Positions 8,196-17,778 are shown, counted from the stretch's first letter. The stretch: 37,970 nucleotides of DNA from Bacillota bacterium (GCA_023458355.1 JAEWZS010000041.1:1-37970); one strand, 5' to 3'. Notes: a model not told the origin generated them from the letters alone. Translations and numbers: made by a program.

Positions 8196-9374
8196 ATGCA
8201 TTACGATTTTCAAACCGTCATCGACCGTACAAACACGGGCGCGATCAAACACGATATTGCACCGGAAGCTGTGAAGAAAGCCGGAAGTATACCTCTCACC
8301 ATTGCGGATATGGAGTATAAGGTAGCTCCGGCCATTCAAGCAGCCGTAGAGAAGGCCGCAGAGCACGGTATTTATGGCTATACCCATGTGGATGACGCGT
8401 ATTTTGCCGCCGTGAAATTATGGATGGAAAAGCGCTTTTCTTACTCGCCTGACCGAGAAAGTATGTTCAATACTGCGGGTGTTGTAACGGCGCTCGGTAT
8501 GGCCGTGCGCGCATTCACACAAGTCGGCGACGGGGTGGTGATACAGCCACCGGTTTATCCTCCGTTTCGCTTTGCCGTGCGCGATAACTTTAGAACGCTT
8601 CTTGAAAACCCGCTTTTATGCAAGAATGGCCATTACGAGATGGATTTTCAAGGACTCGAAAAGCTGTGCAAGGAAAAATCACCAAAGCTATTGATTCTAT
8701 GCAGCCCACATAATCCCGTCGGACGCGTATGGACAGCTGAGGAGCTCACGCAGCTTGGCGAGATATGCCTTAAGTATGGCGTGTTTGTTGTTGCAGACGA
8801 GATACATGCGGATATTGTCCATCACGGCAAAAAGCATACGGTGTTTGCAACGCTTCCTGAAATGGCCGATAATTGCATGGTGTGCACAGCCGTCAGCAAG
8901 ACCTTCAACCTTGCAGGGCTTTCCTGCTCCAATATCTTTGTAGCGGATAAGACACATCGCGATACATTTGAACGGGTAATCAGACGTGAATCGCCCAATC
9001 TAATACCGTATTTTGCGCGTGTGGCCACCATCGCAGCGTATACCGAGTGCGATGCATGGTTGAATGCGTTGCTGGGGAATATTGAAAAAAACTTCAATCA
9101 ACTGGAGTCGTTTTTGCAGGAACGCCTTCCTATGCTGAAGCTTACTGCAGCACAGGGTACCTACTTGGCATGGGTGGATATGCGAAGCCTTGGTCTTGAC
9201 GACAAGGAACTTGAGCAACTGATGGTAAATAAAGCGCATCTAGCGCTTGAGATTGGCCAACATTTCGGCACAGGCGGCAGCGGGTTTGAGCGCATCAATC
9301 TTGCGCTGCCGAAAGTTGCACTTCAAGATGCACTGCTGCGTTTAGAGCAGGCGGTCAAGGGGACAATACGTTAA
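8196..9374 (+). CDS. PLP-dependent C-S lyase / aminotransferase class I-II (PatB/MalY type cystathionine beta-lyase)
   Basis: The N-terminus YDFQTVIDRTNTGAIKHD and the motif SKTFNLAGL (PLP lysine context) are typical of the MalY/PatB family. Confidence 0.85.
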   Translation: MHYDFQTVIDRTNTGAIKHDIAPEAVKKAGSIPLTIADMEYKVAPAIQAAVEKAAEHGIYGYTHVDDAYFAAVKLWMEKRFSYSPDRESMFNTAGVVTALGMAVRAFTQVGDGVVIQPPVYPPFRFAVRDNFRTLLENPLLCKNGHYEMDFQGLEKLCKEKSPKLLILCSPHNPVGRVWTAEELTQLGEICLKYGVFVVADEIHADIVHHGKKHTVFATLPEMADNCMVCTAVSKTFNLAGLSCSNIFVADKTHRDTFERVIRRESPNLIPYFARVATIAAYTECDAWLNALLGNIEKNFNQLESFLQERLPMLKLTAAQGTYLAWVDMRSLGLDDKELEQLMVNKAHLALEIGQHFGTGGSGFERINLALPKVALQDALLRLEQAVKGTIR

Positions 9375-9415
9375 GGTAAGGGGTTTAACTCCCCCTAAGA
9401 AAAGGAGCGAGCGGC

Positions 9416-10405
9416 ATGAAGCAAATTAAGCTTATCTCCACCGGCGGCACCATCGCTTGCATACCCGGCGAAACCGGGCTTATGCCTGCGCTTACGGGAA
9501 GTCAACTTCTAGAGCATACCATGATTTCCTACGATGATGTGGACTGCGTAGACCTTTTCAATATGGACAGCTCCAATATCCAACCCGAGGAATGGCGCAT
9601 TATAGCCCAAGAGGTAAATAAAAGCGTGGTGGAAGGTTATAAGGGTGTCATCATTACGCACGGTACGGATACTATGGCATATACCTCATCCATGCTCAGT
9701 TTCATGCTATTAAATGTACCCATTCCGGTGGTTCTCACAGGCGCACAGCAGCCTATTATCTACCCTGATTCGGATGGCCGAAAGAACCTTCGGGATGCGC
9801 TTATTGCTGCGCGAGCCATGGCAGGCGGCGTGTACGTTTGCTTTGATGGTGCGCTCATACTTGGCTGCCGCGCGGTAAAAACACGCACCGTTTCCGTGAA
9901 CGCGTTTGAATCCATCAATTATCCGTATATCGGCACGGTTGTGAACGGCGGATATGTAGAGCTTTATCCGCACAGACCGCGCGGGGAATTTCATTTTTTT
10001 GACGGTATAGACGAACGGGTTGCTCTTGTGAAGCTCATCCCGGGCGCAAGCCCGGCGCTTTTAGATATGCTTTTAAACTGCGATGTGAAGGGCGCGGCTG
10101 TTGAGGCATTCGGCCTTGGTGGTGTGCATAACTTCCGACGCGATCATGCAGAGAGCATCAAAAAACTCGTAAAAAGCGGCATACCGGTGGTGCTTACCTC
10201 GCAATGCTTATACGAGGCAAGTACACCCGATCTTTACGCGGTAAGCCATGCGCTGCGTGAGGCAGGCGTCATTTCCGCTTCGGATATGACAACCGAAGCG
10301 GCCGTCACGAAGCTCATGTATGCACTCGGCCAAAATAAGGACATGGAGGCTGTTCGGAGAATCATGGAAAAAGATCTATGCGGTGAGCTTGGAGTAGGGG
10401 TATAA
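9416..10405 (+). CDS. ansA: L-asparaginase, type I
   Basis: The STGGTIAC threonine motif, HGTDTMAYT, and a length of 329 aa. Confidence 0.9.
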   Translation: MKQIKLISTGGTIACIPGETGLMPALTGSQLLEHTMISYDDVDCVDLFNMDSSNIQPEEWRIIAQEVNKSVVEGYKGVIITHGTDTMAYTSSMLSFMLLNVPIPVVLTGAQQPIIYPDSDGRKNLRDALIAARAMAGGVYVCFDGALILGCRAVKTRTVSVNAFESINYPYIGTVVNGGYVELYPHRPRGEFHFFDGIDERVALVKLIPGASPALLDMLLNCDVKGAAVEAFGLGGVHNFRRDHAESIKKLVKSGIPVVLTSQCLYEASTPDLYAVSHALREAGVISASDMTTEAAVTKLMYALGQNKDMEAVRRIMEKDLCGELGVGV

Positions 10406-10448
10406 AGGTGCAGACAGAAAGAAAAGCTATTTACTTGCAGTATTACTG

Positions 10449-10991
10449 TTACTTGTCAGCCAGGAATCCTGTCGGTGACAGATAGAAGTTCGAAATTAAA
10501 CCATCATTATCGCCTATGGAGATTTGCCCTTTTACGGTACCTCTTGTTTCGACTTTGTCGGCATCGGTAAGGATGATATGCGCAATAAAACTAAAAGTGG
10601 TACTGTCGGTATTTTTAGAATATTCTTCAAATTCGAATGAATCGGTACGGTAGGTGAAGCCGTTTTCGTAAGCATATTTCTCATAAGTTCGGATTTCGTT
10701 GTTGGCAATCATTTTTAAATAGAACTCATCGTTTACATAATCGCGTACGCAAGAATAATATTCCTCCTGCGCAGCCCGTAGCTTTTCATCTGTTACCACA
10801 TCTTCAACGTTTTTAAGCAACGCCTCAAAGCGGCCTTCGTAATTGTAGGTGCCGTAAATCGTTAAAAAAGCTTCCTTCACATCGTCTGAAATATCATCGG
10901 TTACCGGATAACTCTTAACAGCGCAACCAACCATGATCAGAAGTATTACAGCCAAGATTACATTGATGATGTGTCTTTTATATTGCAGCAT
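10449..10991 (-). CDS. Hypothetical lipoprotein
   Basis: The signal peptide ends in the lipobox MVGC. The gene lies directly downstream of the MarR gene on the minus strand. Confidence 0.6.
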   Translation of the reverse strand: MLQYKRHIINVILAVILLIMVGCAVKSYPVTDDISDDVKEAFLTIYGTYNYEGRFEALLKNVEDVVTDEKLRAAQEEYYSCVRDYVNDEFYLKMIANNEIRTYEKYAYENGFTYRTDSFEFEEYSKNTDSTTFSFIAHIILTDADKVETRGTVKGQISIGDNDGLISNFYLSPTGFLADK

Positions 10992-11012
10992 AGTAGTAAA
11001 ACCTCTGCAATT

Positions 11013-11465
11013 CTATTTTTCCAAACGGATTTTCAATTCGCTGAGATTGTGATCCATGCGCCTCATCTGCGAAAGGGTGCTTTCCCTTTGCTCAAAAGAA
11101 AGCCCCTCGAGCATGGTCGTAAATATCATTTCAAAATCAATGTCGCACCAGCGGGCATATTCCTCACCTTTTTTGGTGAGCAAAATGCGTATACAGCGGG
11201 AATCCTCTTTGTCGCGTATGCGTTTGATAAAACCTGCATTTTCAAGTCTCCGAAGCGAAACGCCCACCGAAGCTTTGCTGATATTAAGCGACGCAGCAAG
11301 CTCGTTTTGTGTTGGGCGGTTGAGGCCTCGCACGGCGAATAAAAGCTGAGGCTGGCCCGGGTACAGCCCGTACTTGCTGAGGGTTCTCTGCATACAAATG
11401 GAATAAGTATGCTCTAAAGCCTGAAAGGCTCTTGAAAAATCGATGGCGCTCGTTTTTTCGCTCAT
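11013..11465 (-). CDS. MarR family transcriptional regulator
   Basis: 150 aa with a winged-HTH region (QNELAASLNISKASVGVSLRRLENAGFIKR). GGGAGG lies upstream of the start. Confidence 0.85.
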   Translation of the reverse strand: MSEKTSAIDFSRAFQALEHTYSICMQRTLSKYGLYPGQPQLLFAVRGLNRPTQNELAASLNISKASVGVSLRRLENAGFIKRIRDKEDSRCIRILLTKKGEEYARWCDIDFEMIFTTMLEGLSFEQRESTLSQMRRMDHNLSELKIRLEK

Positions 11466-11570
11466 GTGAAAAACGCCTCCCGACGGCTTTTTAAAGAATT
11501 GATTTCGTGAATACTATATCATATGGGGCAAATCCCAGTCGAGCGAAAAAGGACACGGATAAAAACGGAT

Positions 11571-11599
11571 TTGCGCATATTATGTCCATATGATAAAAT
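11571..11599 (+). promoter_or_regulatory. Candidate promoter for the glycogen phosphorylase gene
   Basis: TTGCGC (11571-11576), a 17-nt spacer, then TAAAAT (11594-11599). Confidence 0.45.
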
Positions 11600-11641
11600 G
11601 CAGTTCGGAAATTACCGAATTAAAGGAACGGAGATCGATAC

Positions 11642-14014
11642 ATGATTAGCAGCAACGCCATTATGCGGCGCATGGAGGAGGAGCTCAAGGCGCATTACCA
11701 GCTTGAACTTCATGAGGCAAGCACCGTCCAGCTTCATAATGCGCTTGGCGAGGCCGTGATGCTTGAAATAGCGAACGATTGGCGCGAGAGCCGGCGTGCG
11801 CATGAACGCGTTCGACGCGCATATTATTTTTCCGCGGAATATCTGATGGGGCGCATGGTATTTAACAACCTGTATTGCCTCGGTGTCATCGACGAGATAC
11901 GCGAGTTGTTCCGCGCGCGTGGAGCAGACCTTAGTACCATGGAGGATATTGAGGACGATGCGCTCGGCAATGGTGGTCTTGGTCGCCTTGCAGCCTGTTA
12001 TTTGGATAGCGCAGCGACTATGAACATACCGCTTGAAGGTTACGGGCTTCGCTATAAGTTTGGCCTTTTCAAACAACATTTCGCAAATGGCTTTCAGGTA
12101 GAGAAGGCTGATGACTGGCAGCGCTTCGGAGACCCTTGGAGCAGGCGGCGCGACGATAAAACAATCACCATCGAGTTCGCCGATCAAAAGGTGCTTGCGG
12201 TACCTTATGATATGCCCATCATCGGTTATAAAACCAAAAACATCGGCACGCTTCGCCTTTGGCAGAGCGAGCCCATGGAGGAGTTCGATTTTGCGCTCTT
12301 CAACGACCAGGAATATGCGCGCGCTATCGAGGAAAAGAATTCCGTGGAGGATATCACCCGTGTGCTCTATCCCAACGACAGTACCGATGCGGGTAAAAAA
12401 TTAAGACTCAAACAGCAATACTTTTTATCGAGTGCATCCTTGCAGGATATTATACGCCGCTATGTGCGCGTACGCGGTCGGGATTTTTCCGCATTTGCGG
12501 CACATTGCGCTATTCAACTTAACGACACGCATCCCGCCGTATCTATCCCTGAGCTTATCAGGCTTCTCATGAAAGAGGGCATGGACTTTGAGGCGGCGCT
12601 TAGTATTACTAAGGATACCTTCAACTATACCAACCACACCATCATGGGCGAGGCGCTTGAAAAGTGGGATATGAAGCTATTCTGCAGCGTTATCCCAGAG
12701 ATCGGCTGCATACTCATGAAGATCGATGAAGCGCTTTTAACAGAACTTAAAGAACGCGGCATTGCTTCAGACCGAATTGAGCGCATGCGCATCATCGAAA
12801 ACGGCCGCGTGCATATGGCGAGGCTTACATGCTACGTTGCCACCTATGTGAATGGTGTAGCGCAAATTCATACGGAAATCCTCAAGAATGACGTATTTGC
12901 CGATTGGTATGCGGTGTACCCCGAGCGCTTTAAAAACGTTACAAACGGCATCACGCAGCGCCGTTGGCTAGGGTTATGCAACAGCGAGCTCACAAGCTTT
13001 CTTTCGGATAAAATCGGCGATGGCTTTTTGACCGATTTAAATGAGATTTCGAGGTTTTCTGAGCATATCGATGAGTTTGCGGTGCGCCGTTTTAACGAGA
13101 TAAAGCATCTTAAGAAAAAGCAGCTCTCTGCCGTCATAAAGGAAAAGGAAGGTGTAACTTTACCGCCCTCCTTTTTGTTCGACGTGCAGGTAAAACGCAT
13201 GCATGAGTACAAGCGCCAGCTTTTGAATGCGTTTTCTATTTTGGATATCTACTTTTCGCTAAAGGACGGCACACTTCATGACTTTACGCCGACAGCTTTT
13301 ATATTCGGCGCAAAGGCTGCACCCGGCTATATACGCGCCAAAGGCATAATCAAGTATATCAACGAGGCAGCAAAGCTTATCAACGCCGATCCTGACATGA
13401 AGGATAAGCTTCGCGTGGTGTTTGTGCAAAACTACAACTGCTCGTATGCCGAGTATATTATACCTGCGGCGGATGTCTCCGAGCAGATATCACCCGCGGG
13501 TACCGAGGCGAGCGGCACGGGCAACATGAAGTTCATGTTAAACGGCACGGTGACGCTTGGCACCTATGATGGCGCTAACATAGAGATTGTGGAGCAATCG
13601 GGTGTTGAAAACAACTATATCTTCGGTGCCACGGTGGAGGACATTGCCCGCTTAAAGGGAAGCTACCGCCCTCGGGACCTCTATGAGCGGGAGCCGCGTA
13701 TTCGTAGGGTTTTGGATACGCTTATTAACGGTACGTTCTCAGATGGCGGCACAGGCAGCTTTGAGGAGCTTTATACTGCGCTACTTGACGGTGCGAGCTG
13801 GCATGCGCCCGATCATTACTTTATTTTGCTCGATTTTCTGCCGTATGTGGATACAAAACTCAAGGCAAACCGCGAATACCGTGACAGCGTTGCGTTTGGC
13901 CGTAAGTGCCTTTTGAATACAGTGAACGCAGGCAAATTTTCAAGCGACCGCGCTGTAAAGCAGTACGCTTCGGAGATATGGCATGTGGCGGAGATTGAGG
14001 TTAAGAATAGGTAG
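11642..14014 (+). CDS. glgP: Glycogen / maltodextrin phosphorylase
   Basis: 790 aa. Motifs: GNGGLGRLAACYLDS, HTEILK, TNGITQRRWL and EASGTGNMKFMLNG (PLP lysine). Confidence 0.92.
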   Translation: MISSNAIMRRMEEELKAHYQLELHEASTVQLHNALGEAVMLEIANDWRESRRAHERVRRAYYFSAEYLMGRMVFNNLYCLGVIDEIRELFRARGADLSTMEDIEDDALGNGGLGRLAACYLDSAATMNIPLEGYGLRYKFGLFKQHFANGFQVEKADDWQRFGDPWSRRRDDKTITIEFADQKVLAVPYDMPIIGYKTKNIGTLRLWQSEPMEEFDFALFNDQEYARAIEEKNSVEDITRVLYPNDSTDAGKKLRLKQQYFLSSASLQDIIRRYVRVRGRDFSAFAAHCAIQLNDTHPAVSIPELIRLLMKEGMDFEAALSITKDTFNYTNHTIMGEALEKWDMKLFCSVIPEIGCILMKIDEALLTELKERGIASDRIERMRIIENGRVHMARLTCYVATYVNGVAQIHTEILKNDVFADWYAVYPERFKNVTNGITQRRWLGLCNSELTSFLSDKIGDGFLTDLNEISRFSEHIDEFAVRRFNEIKHLKKKQLSAVIKEKEGVTLPPSFLFDVQVKRMHEYKRQLLNAFSILDIYFSLKDGTLHDFTPTAFIFGAKAAPGYIRAKGIIKYINEAAKLINADPDMKDKLRVVFVQNYNCSYAEYIIPAADVSEQISPAGTEASGTGNMKFMLNGTVTLGTYDGANIEIVEQSGVENNYIFGATVEDIARLKGSYRPRDLYEREPRIRRVLDTLINGTFSDGGTGSFEELYTALLDGASWHAPDHYFILLDFLPYVDTKLKANREYRDSVAFGRKCLLNTVNAGKFSSDRAVKQYASEIWHVAEIEVKNR

Positions 14015-14080
14015 AAGGATACACTTGGCTTCATGCTGTAAGCATAGGGTTTGAATTTGTGATCAACCCGAATACACCAT

Positions 14081-14113
14081 AAGGCCTCCACTTTGATATA
14101 GTGGAGGCCTTTT
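14081..14113. terminator. Bidirectional intrinsic terminator between convergent genes
   Basis: AAGGCCTCCAC-tttgatata-GTGGAGGCCTT is flanked by A/T runs on both sides. Confidence 0.7.
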
Positions 14114-14140
14114 AACTTTGCGCGGAGTTCTTTTTCGTGC

Positions 14141-15112
14141 TTACTTCTCCGTTTTCGCTTCTATCCCTTCCGCTGTAAATGTTAAATGGACCGTGCCGCT
14201 TTTATCCGTGCGGTATGCAGTGATACCGCGTGCGGCATAGCGTTTCAGCGTTTCTTCGTGAGGGTGCCCGTATTCGTTATCGAGTTCGCAGGAGATTAGT
14301 GCAATTTTCGGATTTACCGCGTCTAAAAACGCCTCCGAGCCGGAGGTGCTTGAGCCGTGATGGGGTGCTTTGAGCACCGTCGCACGTAAAACGGACGCAT
14401 CGTAGGCTGAGAGCATTTGTTCTTCCACAGGTTCCTCAGCGTCACCAGTAAACAGAATAGAAGAATTGCCAAAGGAAACGTGCAGCACAACGCTCCAATC
14501 ATTAAGCGATTCCTCATCGTATATACCGTCTTTGAGCGGGGAGAGGATACGAACCGTAATTTCATCGCTCCAGGGCAGATAGGATTCTCCGCTTGCATAC
14601 GCACGCTTTACCAATACGTCATGTTCTTCAAGCGCACTCAACATCTTTTCAAACGTGGAGGAGGTATGCGCAACATCCGGCATATAAAACACGCCTATCT
14701 CATAAGCGTTGATCACCTTGTACATCGCGCCGATATGGTCGCTGTGCGGATGCGTGGCTACTACAACATCGAGTTTAGTGACGCTTTGTGATTTCAAAAA
14801 TGCATCGATCGTGTCAAACTCGCCGGCTTCACCTGCGTCTACGAGCATCGTTTTACCACTGGGGGCGCGCAAAAAGAAGCAATCCCCCTGGCCGATGTCG
14901 AGCATGTACACGTCCATTTCGCCATTTTGTGTATGGATAGGCTGCTGCGAAACAGGTACGATAGGAGTTGGAGTCGGAAAAAAATCCGAAGCAGGCACAT
15001 CTGCAGATGTATAGCGATAGATGATAAACAGAACGAATAAGAATACAATCACAGCAAGAGCAGCCGTGAGTTGGCCTTTTCCTTTGGTGGAGCGGCGTTT
15101 ACCGGACAACAA
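14141..15112 (-). CDS. ComEC/Rec2-related MBL-fold metallo-hydrolase with an N-terminal membrane anchor
   Basis: One N-terminal TM helix. Motifs: DIGQGDCFFL, ATHPHSDHIG and KAPHHGS. The apparent TTG start follows GAGGTGA, so the start is uncertain. Confidence 0.7.
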   Translation of the reverse strand: MLSGKRRSTKGKGQLTAALAVIVFLFVLFIIYRYTSADVPASDFFPTPTPIVPVSQQPIHTQNGEMDVYMLDIGQGDCFFLRAPSGKTMLVDAGEAGEFDTIDAFLKSQSVTKLDVVVATHPHSDHIGAMYKVINAYEIGVFYMPDVAHTSSTFEKMLSALEEHDVLVKRAYASGESYLPWSDEITVRILSPLKDGIYDEESLNDWSVVLHVSFGNSSILFTGDAEEPVEEQMLSAYDASVLRATVLKAPHHGSSTSGSEAFLDAVNPKIALISCELDNEYGHPHEETLKRYAARGITAYRTDKSGTVHLTFTAEGIEAKTEK

Positions 15113-15290
15113 AACTCACCTCACATATCTTCCATATATTGTACACGATGTCCATGTGATACACCATACTTAGTTGATGTATGTGGTATGTATTGACTTT
15201 CATACCGTAAACGAATACACTCAAGGATGTCATGAACGCATGGCATTTGGCATTATTTTAAATATAAGGGTTTTATCGGAGGAATTATGC

Positions 15291-15515
15291 ATGGACAGTT
15301 TTGAACGGATACGCGCGATTATCCATGAGACAACAGGTATTCCCGTGGAGCTCATCACACCGGAATCAACAGCGGCGCAATTGAACATCGGAACATTGGA
15401 CATGACGGAATTGCTGCTCAATGTAGAAGAGGAATTCGATGTGATTATCGAGGAGGAGAACGAGATCTTAAGTGTGCGAGATATTATGAACTGCCTGGAA
15501 ATGTGCGTTGCCTAA
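15291..15515 (+). CDS. Acyl-carrier-protein-like small protein (Thr in place of the phosphopantetheine Ser)
   Basis: ATG at 15291 lies 8 nt after GGAGG (15278-15282). The 74-aa product aligns by eye to ACP helix II: NIGTLDMTELLLNVEEEFD versus E. coli [20 protein letters not shown]. Confidence 0.55.
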   Translation: MDSFERIRAIIHETTGIPVELITPESTAAQLNIGTLDMTELLLNVEEEFDVIIEEENEILSVRDIMNCLEMCVA

Positions 15516-15544
15516 AACAAACGATATTTTTTGCCCTCATACAC

Positions 15545-15574
15545 GCCGCGCGGCTTACGCGCGGCAATTTTTTT
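15545..15574 (+). terminator. Intrinsic terminator after the ACP-like gene
   Basis: GCCGCGCG-gctta-CGCGCGGC is followed by AATTTTTTT. Confidence 0.8.
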
Positions 15575-15750
15575 ATAAATCGTTAAAAAGCGGCATGAAA
15601 ACAGGCGGAACCGCTTGCATTTTGCAGGTGAATTGTGGTTCAATAATACAAGAATTTACAAAACGTGAAAACGACGCTTGTCTTAAAGCGCGATTCATCC
15701 GATAGTAATACATGTATGGGAAAAAAGGCTCGATTTATAGGAGGAGCGGA

Positions 15751-16077
15751 ATGGCGGGTGCGATCATAGGTGTTATTTGCGGCGCTGCGGAGCTTTATTT
15801 GCTTGCACGCGTCGTGCGTGCGGTCTCCGGGGCCGGTGCAACGGGTTCGACCGGACTTCTCGTACTCGCAAAGGTTGCGCTGCTTATCGCGGCTTTTGCA
15901 GCCGTAATCCTTTTCTTCCGTGAGGACATTTTATACTGCGGGCTAGGCATTTCGGGTGTACTCGTGATCGGGTCCGTGGTTATTTTTGCGAGAAACAACG
16001 CGAAGCTTAGACGGCAGGAGCAAAATTTAAAACAAACGCAGGAAAACGACAAGGGAGGAAATGTCGATCATGAGTGA
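15751..16077 (+). CDS. ATP synthase operon leader membrane protein (AtpI/AtpZ-like)
   Basis: I chose the start at ATG 15751 after AGGAGG. The product is small and hydrophobic, and the gene overlaps atpB by 8 nt. Its position is typical of atpI. Confidence 0.5.
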   Translation: MAGAIIGVICGAAELYLLARVVRAVSGAGATGSTGLLVLAKVALLIAAFAAVILFFREDILYCGLGISGVLVIGSVVIFARNNAKLRRQEQNLKQTQENDKGGNVDHE

Positions 16078-16996
16078 TTTACTGCGCATTGCGGCAATCG
16101 CCGTATGCGTTGCGCTCGGCGTGTTTTTTATCATCAAATGGCGCAAAATTGAGCCTGTTTCAAAAGAGGACGAGCGCTATAAAGCCATAAAGAAAAAGCG
16201 CTCGGGTTTCCGCAATCTCGGCATTTTGGCGCTTTGGCTTGCTAGCGGCCTTTTTTTCGGTCTTTTGAGAGAGCCTTCCGGTGAGGGTTTGCATGTTTCA
16301 CTTTCCTCTGACCGTGTGATGCTATTCGGGCTGGATCTAAATTTGTCCATCGTGATAAGCGTATGTATTTCGCTTGTCATCATACTTGTGGCTGTTTTTA
16401 TCCGCATCTTTGCCGTGCCGAAGTTTAGCGACAGCCCCAAGGGCGTCCAAAACGTGCTTGAAACGATGGTGGAAGCCATCGACGGCTATGTGAAGGAAAA
16501 GTCGGGCCTCGAGAATGATAACCTCAACGCCTACTTCTTCACGCTCGCTATTCTCCTTGTTGCAAGCGCGTGTGTAGAGCTGTTTAGCTTCCGTCCGCCT
16601 GTTGCCGATCTGACAGTCACAGGCTCTATGGCGCTTTGCACATTTATTCTTATCAACTATTTCGGCGTCAAGAGAAACGGCGTCGGCGGAAGGCTCAAAC
16701 AGTATACAAGGCCTACACCTATCGTTGCACCGTTTAAGCTCCTTACCGATATTGCCATCCCCGTTTCGCTTGCATGTCGTCTTTTTGGCAACATGCTCGG
16801 TGGTATGGTGGTTATGCATCTTCTTTACATGGCATTAGGCTCGTTTGGTGTAGGTATTCCGGCTGTTGCAGGCCTATACTTCAATGCGTTTCACCCGTTG
16901 ATACAGGCGTTCATTTTCATCACACTCTCTTTGACGTTCATCGGCGAGGCTGCCGAAACCGAAGAGGGACACCACGAAGCGCAGGCCGCAAAATAA
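16070..16996 (+). CDS. atpB: F0F1 ATP synthase subunit a, with an N-terminal extension
   Basis: Conserved RLFGNMLGG arginine motif. ATG 16070 lies 11 nt after GGAGG (16054-16058); ATG 16061 is an alternative start. Confidence 0.85.
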   Translation: MSDLLRIAAIAVCVALGVFFIIKWRKIEPVSKEDERYKAIKKKRSGFRNLGILALWLASGLFFGLLREPSGEGLHVSLSSDRVMLFGLDLNLSIVISVCISLVIILVAVFIRIFAVPKFSDSPKGVQNVLETMVEAIDGYVKEKSGLENDNLNAYFFTLAILLVASACVELFSFRPPVADLTVTGSMALCTFILINYFGVKRNGVGGRLKQYTRPTPIVAPFKLLTDIAIPVSLACRLFGNMLGGMVVMHLLYMALGSFGVGIPAVAGLYFNAFHPLIQAFIFITLSLTFIGEAAETEEGHHEAQAAK

Positions 16997-17049
16997 AAGC
17001 GTAAGTTATAAAACATAAAATAAACAGAAATTATCTGGAGGTAGAAACA

Positions 17050-17280
17050 ATGGATACTGGTCTTGTGGCAATCGGCGCGGCTTTAGCCGTGTTTACCGGC
17101 GTAGGCGCGGGTATCGGAATGGGTATCGCAACAGGCAAGGCAAGCGAATCCACCGCACGTCAGCCCGAAGCGGCCGGCAAAATTAACTCAATTCTCATCC
17201 TGGGGCTTGCTCTCACGGAATCGACCGCAATTTACGGCTTTGTTACCGCGCTAATGATCATTTTCACGATGGGCGCGTAA
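17050..17280 (+). CDS. atpE: F0F1 ATP synthase subunit c
   Basis: 76-aa hairpin protein with the ARQPEA loop and the ion-binding helix LALTESTAIYG. Confidence 0.92.
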   Translation: MDTGLVAIGAALAVFTGVGAGIGMGIATGKASESTARQPEAAGKINSILILGLALTESTAIYGFVTALMIIFTMGA

Positions 17281-17301
17281 AACGCGTTCGGGAGGTGTTC
17301 C

Positions 17302-17778
17302 ATGGAATTTAAATTGCTGGACTTCGCACAGTACATACTCAACCTCGTCGTGCTGTTTATCATTCTGCGTGCCATTTTGTATAAGCCTGTGAAGAATTTC
17401 ATGAATGCGCGTCGGGACAGGATACAAAAGCAGCAGGATGAGGCCAATGCAGCGCTCGAAGCCGCTAAGGGTGAAAAGCAACAGTATGAGGTGCTTTTGA
17501 GCGATTCGCGCACCGAAGCCGGAAAGCTTATGGAGCAAAGCCGCATCGATGCAGAAAAGAACGCACAGCAAATCATCCGCGAAGCGCAGGAGCAGGCAAG
17601 GCAGATTCTTGCTGAGGCGCGCGAGCGCGCACAAGCGGAGCGTGCTGAGGCACTTTCAGGTGTTCGCGGTGAGGCTGCCGGCATTTCGCTGGAGCTAGCG
17701 TCTAAGATTCTCGCACGCGAGGTAAGCGCTTCGGACAATGCGCGTCTTATTGACGAATACTTCAGCAAGGTGGGCTGA
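17302..17778 (+). CDS. atpF: F0F1 ATP synthase subunit b
   Basis: One N-terminal TM helix followed by a long A/E/R/Q-rich helix; 158 aa. Confidence 0.85.
   Translation: MEFKLLDFAQYILNLVVLFIILRAILYKPVKNFMNARRDRIQKQQDEANAALEAAKGEKQQYEVLLSDSRTEAGKLMEQSRIDAEKNAQQIIREAQEQARQILAEARERAQAERAEALSGVRGEAAGISLELASKILAREVSASDNARLIDEYFSKVG

Noticed and set aside
17232-17768. A long antisense ORF (178 aa) lies opposite atpF. Similar antisense ORFs lie at 20454-20960 (opposite atpD), 21950-22558 (opposite atpC and the GNAT gene), 11612-12187 (opposite glgP), 16337-16819 (opposite atpB) and 4408-4893.
   Set aside because: They are low-complexity or compositionally odd translations that mirror well-supported sense genes. 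They have no SD and are typical shadow ORFs.
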